Positions 23,938 through 32,911 of a stretch of DNA of 32,911 bases are shown here, one piece after another (the stretch's first letter is position 1; every line of letters starts with the position of its first letter). The notes beneath the pieces were generated by a model. That model had not been told where the DNA came from, searched no databases, and saw only the letters and a list, made by a program, of their open reading frames with translations. Source of the DNA: Octopus bimaculoides (taxonomy: Eukaryota); NCBI RefSeq assembly GCF_001194135.2, contig NC_068986.1, positions 115,104,328-115,137,238 on the forward strand. The letters run 5' to 3'. The translations under genes and the position numbers were made by a program.

Positions 23938-23969
23938 CACACACTCATATACATACATACATGTATATA

Positions 23970-24075
23970 GACAGGCGCAGGCATATTTGCTTCCCAACCA
24001 TGAGGTTTCAAGTTCAATCTCCCTGCACACCACCTTGGTGTCTTCCATTATAGCCTCAGTCCACCCAAAGCCTGT
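23970..24075 (+). mobile_element. SINE A head, degenerate
   Basis: TTTGCTTCCCAACCA..CCACCTTGG..GTCTTCCATTATAGCCTC..CCAAAGCC. Confidence 0.7.
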
Positions 24076-24115
<40 letters not shown>

Positions 24116-24214
24116 TAGTAATAGTATGACAACAAAAGAATGAATGAGACCACGATATTATGTAAATAGAGGAGCTTATCTGTAATATAATATGTGACAA
24201 TTATTCGGTTGCCA

Positions 24215-24277
24215 TAATAAGACTCTGAGTTTCGGATGTTGGGGTGGAAACCTGCTCCGGCATCTCATCAATTATTA
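24215..24277 (-). ncRNA. Type-I hammerhead-ribozyme-like motif (Penelope-like context inferred)
   Basis: Minus strand reads TAATAA-(T)TGATGA-GATG...CATCC-GAAA-CT(CAG)AG-TC-TTATTA, giving a 6-bp stem I and a GUC triplet at 24221-24223. The mirror arm retains CTGATGA at 24310-24316. Confidence 0.65.
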
Positions 24278-24329
24278 AGACAAACAAAAATGCATTTTTG
24301 TCTTAATAACTGATGAGATGCCGGAGCAG
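24252..24329. repeat. 78-bp near-perfect palindrome
   Basis: CTGCTCCGGCATCTCATCAATTATTAAGACAAA / TTTGTCTTAATAACTGATGAGATGCCGGAGCAG around an AAAAATGCATTTTT centre. Confidence 0.95.
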
Positions 24330-24587
24330 ATATATATATACACATATATATACATATATATAATGTAAAGAAAATGGAGAGTTAGAATATATATAGAAAT
24401 TCTGTTCTCCTATATCAAATGGATGAAAACTGTTTCGTCAACTGGAACTTCATAAGTGTTAGTGGTAATACAAACACAATGAATTCCAGATATATTAATC
24501 AATATGGAACTAAACCAGTGAATGTTTGGCTAAAATAAATTTCTGTGAAAGAGCAACCTCTTTCCTTTGGAAACTTCATAAACGCTT

Positions 24588-25164
24588 ATCATCATCATCA
24601 TCGTTTAACATCCATTTTCCATGCTGGCATGGGTTGGATGGTTCAACTGGGGTCTGGGAAGCCAGGAGGCTGCACCAGGCCCCTGTCTGATCTGGCAGTG
24701 CCACCTGCACAGGGACCACAACTACAATTTCCATTTGATTGTGATTTGATTTGATTTTGATGTACTTGACTCAATAGGTCTCTTCAAAGCACAGCATGTC
24801 ACCCTAAGGTACTTTTGAGTGGGGTGGTTATGCGACACTGGTGTAGGTTACAGCTGTGGATTCACTTTATTTGCCGGGTCTTCTCAGTCTCAGCATATCT
24901 CCAGAGGTCTCGGTGTCTTGTCACTGCATCTGTGAGGCTCAGCATTCGAAGGTCATGCTTCACCACCTCATCCCATGTCTTCCTGGGTCTCCCTCTACCC
25001 TGGATTCCTTCCACTGTTTGGGAGTGGCACTTCTTCACACAGCCCTCCTCATCCATCCACAGTACATGACCATACCAACGCAGTCATCTCTCTTGCACGC
25101 CACATCCGATGCTTCTTATGTCCAACATTTCTCCTCAAGGTGCTTACACTCTGTCGTGTGTACA

Positions 25165-25165
<1 letters not shown>
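24588..25165 (-). mobile_element. 5'-truncated RTE-clade LINE (ORF2 C-terminus + 3' UTR + tail)
   Basis: Minus strand encodes QER*LRWYGHVLWMDEEGCVKKC..VEGIQGRGRPRKTWDEVVKHDLR..TRHRDLWR; the (CAT)n tail lies at ~24588. Confidence 0.92.
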
Positions 25166-25212
<47 letters not shown>

Positions 25213-25229
25213 CATGTGTATGTGTAAAA

Positions 25230-25420
25230 TTGTCTTAATATCACATGAAGATTGCAAATTAATGTCACCATCATACAAATGTCTAGTCTTCAGTGAAAGA
25301 CATGTCTGGCCAGAGAGACATACTAACCTTGCTTGTAAGCAGGTGAGCATTGGCAACAGGAAAAGCATCCAGCCAGAGAAAGTCTGCCTCAATGTGGACA
25401 TTAAAATGATGATGATGTGT
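25230..25420 (+). mobile_element. SINE A2 body/tail, degenerate
   Basis: GTCACCATCATACAA..AACCTTGCTTG..CAGGTGAG..GCATCCAGCC..GTGGACATTAAAATGATG. Confidence 0.75.
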
Positions 25421-25693
25421 TTGTGAATGAATTTTTGTTGTGAGCTGGTGTTGCTGAGTGAGTATGATGATGATATACATACATGCATATATATATATAT
25501 ATATGTATGATGATATATATATATATATATATATGCATGTATGTATATACACACATATAGACGCGAAGGAGTGGTGACCTTGACTTTTTCATGTCCACAA
25601 GACAGGTCATGTTAATGGTAAACACACAAAGGTGGAAGGAATGGCCGAAGTGTTTAAAACAAATAATACAAACAGTGGAATGTTATGTCATGA

Positions 25694-25749
25694 GGAAGGT
25701 GAGAGAAGCATAGGAGGGGGAAGGTGAGAGAAGCATAGGAGGGGGAAGG
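25694..25749. repeat. 25-bp tandem duplication GGAAGGTGAGAGAAGCATAGGAGGG x2.2
   Basis: Direct inspection. Confidence 0.9.
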
Positions 25750-26329
25750 CTGTTGTTTAGAGAGGGATGAAATGTCAACTGGAGATGAAGGGTAGATAAA
25801 ATAAGGATTAGAGAGAGAGAGAGGGAAGTGGTGAAGGACAAGGTGAAAGGTAATAAGGGTTAGTAGAGGAGGAGATGGCTAGAGAATAAAAGGAACATAG
25901 ATTTGAAAAGAAAAAAAGTGTTCAATGTAGATAGACAGATAGATAGATAGAGAGGGGGAGAGGTACGGAGGATGAAAGACAGCAAGAATAAGAGGGGAAA
26001 CGATGGGTGAGGTTCGGTGGGTGAGCGAACAGTTATTGGAGTTCAGAAGAGGAGAATGAAACAGGTAAAGACACATGAAATCCATGAGTTTGGGTGGGTG
26101 AGTGGGGTTTTATTGTAAGGTGTATAGGGGAGTGAGTTGTCTACAATTCAATGAATAACTTCCATTCATTTATGCCCCAGGATGTTTTTATGTCCTGCGG
26201 TGGCAGTGGCAGCAACACCGTTTTCAATATATGACAGCAATACTCCATTGTGAGTTATATTTGAGCTTTGTAGTGGGTCATCAGACAAATGAATGGGTTT
26301 TATAACAAATTGGCGATTTGTTGTGCTTG

Positions 26330-26795
26330 AGAAAACCTGTTAAGCCAACTATTGTAGTTGTGGCTGATGCTGGTGTCATGTAAAAAGCACATTTTGGGCA
26401 AAGGGCCTCACAGAGGCAAAGTGGCTGAGCTCCTTTTAAGTGGTGGGCCTCATGGAAGCAAAGTAGCTGAGCCCCTTTTGAGTGTTGGGCCTCACAGAGG
26501 CAAAGACTGAGACCTTGGCGTTATGTCATGCTTGAGAAGAAGACCCATCAAGCCAAGTAAAATCACAGTTGTGGCAGATACTGGTATCACAAAAGTTGGC
26601 ACCTGTGCCGGTGGCACGTAAAAGCACCCATTACACTCTTGGAGTGGTTAGCGTTAGGAAGGACATCCAGCCATAGAAAACCATGCCAAATCAGACTTGA
26701 GTCTGGTGCAGCCTTCCAGCTTGCTAGCCCTGGTCAAACTGTCCAACCCATGCCAGTATAGATAATGGATGCTAAATGATGATGGTGATGATGAT
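26330..26795 (+). mobile_element. RTE-LINE 3' UTR/tail with 42-bp subunits
   Basis: GGGCCTCA recurs at 26403, 26445 and ~26487; standard tail motif follows. Confidence 0.85.
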
Positions 26796-26799
26796 TATA

Positions 26800-26970
26800 G
26801 GTGAAAGACAACTCCTGGACATTGTGAAAAAATAAAAGCTCATCTATTATGGCCATTATTTGTTGAAGCAGAAGTTTGGAAAACATTATGGAAGGAAGTT
26901 GAGGGTGGTTGACCAAGAGGCAGGCAAAGAACACAAGGAATGGACAATATCAAGAGCTGGTTGGACAAGA
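26800..26970 (+). mobile_element. RTE (BovB-like) ORF2 C-terminal remnant
   Basis: GERQLLDIVKK*KLIYYGH...VEGG*PRGRQRTQGMDNIKSWLD matches the RTE motif LL..VK.RKL.YFGH..EG.R.RGRQ...DNIK.W. Confidence 0.8.
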
Positions 26971-27039
26971 ATGGCAAAGAGGAACCGGAGAACTTGTGCT
27001 TCGTTAGGAAGACTTTGAAGTCAATAAAAGACCAGTCAA

Positions 27040-27120
27040 GCACTGGGGTTAATATAATGGACTAGTCCTCACCCCACTCCCCCAAAATTGCTGGCCTTGT
27101 GCCAAAATTTGAAACCAATG
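27040..27120 (+). mobile_element. SINE B 3' fragment
   Basis: ACCAGTCAAGCACTGGGG..CCCCCAAAATTGCTGGCCTTGTGCCAAAATTTG. Confidence 0.7.
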
Positions 27121-27407
27121 TGTTGCTGAAATTGGGGGGGTGTCTAAAATCCCCATGCATGTAATATAGTAAGTAAGGGTCAAGAAAGGGTAAATGATGA
27201 GACTTTGGATGAGGTCTGTCCAAAATAAATTAAGTTCTTTTTGTGATGATGTTATACAGTTAGAACAGACATTGTGTCATGATGCTGGGGGCCCCCACCG
27301 GAAGGTCTACTGTTGGAACTTTAACTTTTAGTCAGTGAGAGGTCAAAGGTCACAAGCAGCACATTACATTGTGGTGAGAGGTAGTGGGAGGCAAATGGAA
27401 TGTAAAA

Positions 27408-27630
27408 GTACATTATTTACAGATATTTGTCCTCATCTTGTTTGTTGTTAACACAATGTTTTGGCTGATATACCCTCCAGCCTTCATCAGATGTCTTGGG
27501 GAAATTTCGAACCTGGGTTCTCATTCCTAAGGTATTTTCGATGTTATTATTGTTATTCAGGTCACTACCTGGAATCGAACTTGGAATCTTGGGGTTAGTA
27601 GCCCGTGCTCTTAACCACTATGCCATATGA
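27408..27630 (-). mobile_element. Full-length SINE family C (tRNA head + hammerhead-like tail)
   Basis: A-box TGGCATAGTGG and B-box GTTCGATTCC on the minus strand; tail CTGATGAAGGCTG..CAGCCAAAACATTGTGTT. Confidence 0.88.
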
Positions 27631-27702
27631 GAGAGGAAAGAGAATGAAAGAAATGAGAGAAAAAAGGGGGGAGGGTGGATAAAGGAATGCGAGAGAAGTA
27701 AT

Positions 27703-27910
27703 CTTTTCTGCTCTAGGCAGAAGGTCTGAAATTTTTGAGGAGGGGGGCAGTCAATTACATCGACCCCAGTGAGTAACTGGTACTTAATTTATTGACTCCG
27801 AAAAGATGAAAGGCAAAGTCGACCTCAGCGGAATTTGAACTCAGAATTTAACAGCAGACAAAATACTGCTAAGCATTTCATCCGGCCTGCTAACGTTTCT
27901 GCCATCTCGA
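27703..27910 (-). mobile_element. SINE family B
   Basis: GGTACTTAATTTATTGACTCCGAAAAGATGAAAGGCAAAGTCGACCTCAGCGGAATTTGAACTC..AACGTTTCTGCCA. Confidence 0.88.
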
Positions 27911-27919
27911 TTGGGCCAG

Positions 27920-28100
27920 CTTTTGTTGTTGTTGTTTAACCCTAGGTCAGACTTGATCAAGTAGATTGATGATGAATGATCATACCATCCAGGATTATGT
28001 TATCCAACGTATCCTTTCTTTTCCTAAATTAGTATATAATCTGAGGGAGGTTTAGTTGCTATTTCTTGCAGGTCCAGTTACCACGTAGAGGTTCCCTCTG
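27920..28100 (-). mobile_element. Family E copy
   Basis: GTTGTTTAACCCTAGGTCAG...GTTGCTATTTCTTGCAGGT. Confidence 0.7.
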
Positions 28101-28777
28101 ATATGGTGACGGGATTGGTGTAGACGGCGTGAGGATGGTATTGCAATGGCGCGCGCATGTGTGGAGTGGTGGAATGGTGGTGAGGTGGAGAGGGAGGTGA
28201 CATCTGTGCCGTAGCGGTGGGGATGGGGTGGGGGAGAATATTGTTGAAGTCTTATTTTTAAGATTTCCTCCCTACCCCCTTACTCTATCTACATATTTAT
28301 GCATCTCCATTACTATAACGACCCCTCCATCCCAATTATTTACACACTCCGCTCCTCGAAGAAGTCGACATCTCGTATATAGCTTTACATTCTCCCTGCC
28401 CTTCCGTACTAAAACCCCCTCCCGCTCCTCCACACCCATTATAACCTCCCCCTTCTCCGGATTATTACTTCACACACCCCCTACTCCCTATACCAACTAT
28501 AGCTCCTCCCCCTCCTATAACAATGACACAACAGGAAGTAATTACATAGCAGACATTTTGGCACGACATGCTGTGTGTGTGTGTGTGCGTATGCGTGAGA
28601 CTGTCATTGACTCTGTGTGTGTGTGTGTGTGTACATTCCTTTTCATAAAGATACCCCAAAGGTGCGCCAAGACCCAGATATACGTACTGGACACCCCCCA
28701 CTATCCAATTACAGAGAATTTGTTTACAGTTGTACACACATACACACGCACGTGCGTGTATATATACATATATATAT

Positions 28778-28812
<35 letters not shown>

Positions 28813-29344
28813 CGTTTGTGTATATATTATATGTACAAACAGCGTGTATATAAACATGGGTAAATATGTAATATATGAATGTATGTTATTTAATAATAAA
28901 ATATATATACTTCGTAAATTGTATATATATACACACACACTTTCACACACGTGTGTGAAACAAGCGTAATGAAAAGCAGCTCAATTTGAGATAAAACCTC
29001 GTCTATCACACACACACACACACAGAAATACATAAACACACACACACACGCGTATGGGTTGCCAGGGAACATGTACATATACATGATACGTAAGTTACCA
29101 TAGAAACCACATTCTGGATGATTTCTGGGACAGGAAAAATTCTAACACAACTTTCTTATTAATGAACCTATCTCCCCATCCTCCCCATCACCACCTACGC
29201 AACAACCACCACCACCACCACCACGTTAATAGGGCAAAATCTCCTACATGTAACCTGTAGCACCACAATTACTCTGCCACATGTTTACATGTAGCGTTCT
29301 TATTACCAAGCGACATCAACTAAGCTTTCTCCATTTCCTAAATA

Positions 29345-29665
29345 TATTCCACAACCCGTCTGAGACTGAAACCGCCCTTGCTTTTATGATATAAACTTCC
29401 TGTCTTAAAGAGATCTAAATTAAAATCTTCCCTCAAAATTCCATGTTCATTCATGTTCTAAAGACCAGCTGAACACGGCGAACCTTCGATATTGGTCTAC
29501 AGAATGTCAGTGTGAAGGTCAGACGTCATTCACCCTCTTTTCCAGCTTAGCTTCTTTATGTTATGCGAAGCATTACTTAGAATTTTACTGAATTCTTCAT
29601 TTTCTTCAAAATTAATCGAAACAAAGCGATGTAATTTCTACAGAAATAGGGTAACGAACCCTTTC
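29345..29665. mobile_element. MITE-like dispersed repeat with eroded ends and an internal 71-bp insertion
   Basis: The body resembles an abundant octopus non-autonomous element (recollection, not searched). The insertion 29471-29541 is flanked by CCAGCT. Confidence 0.45.
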
Positions 29666-29744
29666 ATAATACTGGCTGGCAACCTACATCTGAGGCCGTC
29701 CAGCTTATGAAGTGTAGAAGGATAAGCGTTCTTGAACCCGCAAT

Positions 29745-29805
29745 TCTCGAATATAGAGTACGGCAAGGATTCATCCTGTGTTCCCGACCTATTCTCAATC
29801 AATGC
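29745..29805 (+). mobile_element. Small non-LTR reverse-transcriptase fragment
   Basis: RVRQGFIL / VPDLFS with a frameshift resembles the GVRQGC.LSPDLF motif. Confidence 0.35.
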
Positions 29806-30189
29806 CCACCCTTATTATACCCTTACATACAGACTCATACCACTGACTGCCCCCCACCACCGTATTGATACACCCACCACGAACAATAAATGTGGTCGGC
29901 TTTTTCCGTTGTTGGTCGACGGGATTGCGGAGACAGTAACAGAATTAATTCTACTGTGCCTGGGCTGTTTCTAGAAGCCAGTGTCTATCTCCATGTACAC
30001 TTGCTATCTCTCTACTCATGGATAAGCCACAAAGGAAAGACAAGTCGCAGTATCCATGGAAACGCATGGGAATTGGTTAAATATAACCGTCCATGTCTGC
30101 CTAAGGCTAACTCCGTCCGGATTTACTCCCTTAGCTTTTTTAAACGCTCAATAAATTACTTCACCACCACCACTGCATTAAAAGCTAAT

Positions 30190-30375
30190 GAGGAAGAAGC
30201 CTCCACGCGGTCGCTAGAAATAGCAACCAAATCTCTCTGTAAAATTATACCCAGTCATCTTAAAAAATAATGTAGTTTCACTGTGTGAAAACAAAACAGG
30301 ATGGTCATGGCGGGCTCGGGTTTGATCATAGATCTACTGGATCATAGCTAACCAGGGGCTGATAACACCAAACAA
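30190..30375 (+). mobile_element. Family E copy (CpG-retaining)
   Basis: GCCTCCACGCGGTCGCTAGAAATAGCAACCAAATCTC...GGATGGTCATGGC..TTTGATCATAG. Confidence 0.7.
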
Positions 30376-30779
30376 AACCGCAACAGTATCAAGATACAAC
30401 TTTAGCGACAACGGTAGAATATCAGAACGCCATCACGGCCATGCACATAAATATGACATCAGCATCACAACAACCAGCACCATCAACAGCAACCACAAAC
30501 CACCACAGCACACACACAACAGTAATAATAACCCAATTATCGAACCCGTTCCCGCCGTGACCATCCTGTTTTGTTTTCAGAGCCACAACAATAACCACAA
30601 CTGCACGCACACGACCATTACAGCAACAACGTATACACACACCACCACAACAACCACATCAGCAGCAGCACCATCACCACCACCATCACCATCGTAATCA
30701 TCGTCTCTCAGAGCTTTGCGACCGCCCCCACATTTATATCCTCCCCCTCCTTCCAGCCACTCTAAGAAACCGGAAATAC

Positions 30780-30801
30780 CTTCCGACTGATGTTGTGACA
30801 T
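30780..30801 (-). CDS. Speculative first coding micro-exon (MSQHQSE + phase-1 intron)
   Basis: Minus strand ATGTCACAACATCAGTCGGAAG|GTATTT within a CpG-rich unique segment. No homology support. Confidence 0.2.
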
Positions 30802-30902
30802 AACACGGCTATGATTGCTGTTTAAACATACAGCGCCCCCCTCTCTCTCTACCTCCCGCCGTTCTCTTTCTCGAGGAGTCAGGAATTTGGTCGGTGAAGG
30901 CA

Positions 30903-30926
30903 GGGTGGTGGGTGTCAGGGCAGGGG
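30903..30926 (+). promoter_or_regulatory. Canonical G-quadruplex-forming motif
   Basis: GGG TGGT GGG TGTCA GGG CA GGGG. Confidence 0.55.
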
Positions 30927-31060
30927 AAAAGGAGCGGGGGTAGTAAACGCGAGGGAAGGGGGACGGTGTTGGCTGTCAAACAATAACAGTTTAAATTAAG
31001 AAGGGTGTGCATGTGTGTGTGCGTGTGTATACACGTCCACACAACTTATCAATCCCATTC

Positions 31061-31099
<39 letters not shown>

Positions 31100-31439
31100 G
31101 CAATTGGATCTCAGTCGATTTCGACGAAGAGTATTCACTCGCTCATTCAAATGAACTTCCTACTCACTGAAAGACGCGTCTACTAATCAACAGAGTGGCA
31201 AAGTAGCGCCAATGGCATAACACTTAATAAGGCCGTTCTTTTGAATTACAGAGTTTAACCAAAGGGTTTCTACTTAGTTTATGTCTCCCACTAAGTTCAA
31301 CCACAGGGCCTGGGCCAACCCGGAGCCAAAGTAATCCATAGCGCCACGCAACAGGATCGAACCTGGAATCTCAGTACTGTGAAAAAATTGCACACATTAA
31401 GTAAATGTATATACGTCAGATACATATAAATGTCACTAA

Positions 31440-31788
31440 TCAGTTTTATTTCAAGATTTCTTGCCAATAGAGAAAGAACCGGTTTCTAACCTAGATCCAA
31501 GGCACCTTCACTGGAATTTCAACATCAGCAATGTATGTATGTATGTATATATGCAGATTTGTATGTTTTGCTTTATGTATGTATTCTCATGCATATAGTT
31601 GCATATCTCGAGATGCTCATATGTATTTAAATGATAAACTTCTGGAAAGTTTTACAGATTTTTACAGTTCCAGTGATGGATTGAATCTGTAGTCTTCGAA
31701 TTAGCTTTCTCCTTTCTGATTTTGAGAAGCTGAATTTCTCAAGATTGGTATTTAGGCAGTGTGTTACATATCCCAGGACCCCAATAAT
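31440..31788 (-). mobile_element. 5'-truncated RLE-type (R4/NeSL/Hero-like) non-LTR retrotransposon: intact C-terminus + 3' UTR
   Basis: 31788-31627 encodes IIGVLGYVTHCLNTNLEKFSFSKSERRKLIRRLQIQSITGTVKICKTFQKFII*, the IIG.LG...L.KLGF...G...I C-terminus typical of RLE elements. Confidence 0.75.
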
Positions 31789-31899
31789 GTATGTATACGT
31801 ATGTATGTATGTATGTATGTTTCTCTTGTGTTTTTAACCATTTAAATTCTTCCTCTAAAGAAGAAGCTGCTTTCTAACAATGAGTCAAAGCTCCATCTT

Positions 31900-32400
31900 T
31901 GGAATGTAGATAACGAAAACAATGTCACATTTTAAATCTGAGAAAAGTCTGTTCCGCTTCCAGATTGAGCGAATCATTTGAGTGATTTCTTTTTCTGAAA
32001 ATCCAAGCTTATCCAGACTGTCCGTTTGTATGTCCGTCGTGCATGAAGACCACTGGGAGTGAGGCATTCCATAGCATTTTTTAGAATATGTCTCTAGGAG
32101 AAAACCAGATATGCAGAGAATGGCATTGAAATATTTTGGCGATCTTTGCTTGCGCTTGGGATCATGGCGTTCCCACATTCCTGAGCCTGCAACCCATATC
32201 GACACTGGATATATTGCCTTGGCTTGTCTCTGTCGATGGGGTGGGGAGGATCTGCGAGATGTCGTGCAAGCCAAATTGGACCTAAAAGTTTAGGTTGCGT
32301 AATCGCCAACGGGCTGACTATTATCCGACGCCCAGTCGAGTAGAAGTCGGCTAGTAAGGAAGCTGCGAGTGCGAACCCGGGTGAAACCGACTGCAGGTGC
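31900..32400 (-). mobile_element. Older, frameshifted RLE-type non-LTR remnant
   Basis: LPVVF..TDSLDKLGFSEKEITQMIRSI parallels the neighbour's NLEKFSFSKSERRKLIRRL. The upstream part is only weakly alignable by eye. Confidence 0.45.
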
Positions 32401-32534
32401 AATAACCTAATGCACAGGCATTGCAAGCATTTTGCATTGACAGTGGTCAATGACGGTCTTTCTCGGTCATGAGTGAACAGCCATCATGCATGTATGTATG
32501 TATGTATGTATGTATGTATGCATGTATGTATGTA

Positions 32535-32712
32535 TAGATCGCTAGCCACTAAGCCTTTTCCTATTTTCTTTCCCTGTTTATTTCTGTGTTCCTTTCTGTG
32601 GAAGAGCGTAGGTTCGAAACGTAAAAGACTTTCTCACTTCCTGAGCGATAAACTAATACAATAGTTTGTTTACACACCCATCTTCGTCTTGTTTATTTGT
32701 AAACTCTCACTA
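32535..32712 (+). mobile_element. Penelope-like terminal repeat fragment between (TATG)n tracts
   Basis: Contains GAAGAGC..GTTCGAAACGT, the minimal hammerhead/PLE-terminus signature. Confidence 0.5.
32592..32627 (+). ncRNA. Minimal hammerhead-like motif with a variant core
   Basis: CTTT-CTGTGGA-A-GAGC(GTAG)GTTC-GAAA-CGT-A-AAAG. Confidence 0.45.
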
Positions 32713-32900
32713 TGTATGTATGTATGTATGTATGTATGTATGTGTGTATGTATGTATGTATGTGTGTATGTATGTGTGTGTGTATGTATGCATGCATGCA
32801 TTTGTGTATGTATGTATGTATGCGTGTATGTATGTGTATGTATGTATGTAGGCATGTGTGTGGGTGTGTGTATGTATGCATCCATGTATTTGTGTATGTA
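32713..32900. repeat. (TATG)n/(TG)n compound microsatellite
   Basis: Direct inspection. Confidence 0.95.
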
Positions 32901-32911
32901 TATTCTCTTCC

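Noticed and set aside
24428-24460. Another possible hammerhead remnant (minus strand TTATGAAG..GACGAAACAGTT)
   Set aside because: The core is mutated and the stems are not convincingly formed.
27560-27630. tRNA-like sequences (also near 1050, 7900, 12415, 14640 and 19330) as tRNA genes
   Set aside because: They are SINE heads continuous with SINE bodies, and no complete cloverleaf was discerned.
29545-29812. ~90-codon minus-strand frame with one stop (..YSIFENCGFKNAY..KLHRFVSINFEENEEF..)
   Set aside because: It crosses the boundary between a MITE-like repeat and an RT fragment, so it is a chance frame.

Overview
Repeat-saturated, AT-rich eukaryotic scaffold segment with five N-gaps. The microsatellite load and the SINE/LINE repertoire strongly suggest an octopod cephalopod (Octopus); this is an inference, not a database result. 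No host protein-coding exon is confidently identifiable. The window holds several tRNA-headed SINE families (labelled A1/A2, B, C here), an unclassified dispersed repeat (E), RTE-clade LINE remnants and their 3' tails, two restriction-like-endonuclease (RLE) LINE C-termini, a MITE-like element, and a possible decayed ~2.3-kb reading frame of unknown origin. The most notable signal is a set of hammerhead-ribozyme-like motifs. Two lie in fold-back (inverted) duplications whose symmetry centres fall just 5' of the CUGAUGA core (14185-14363 and 24215-24329). A minimal one is carried in the tail of a tRNA-headed SINE (3312-3357, 27450-27495). A variant-core one is at 32592-32627. CpG dinucleotides are visibly depleted left of ~28 kb and retained to the right, where a promoter-like segment and a possible first micro-exon lie. 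Coordinates of degenerate repeats are approximate, and family labels come from by-eye comparison.
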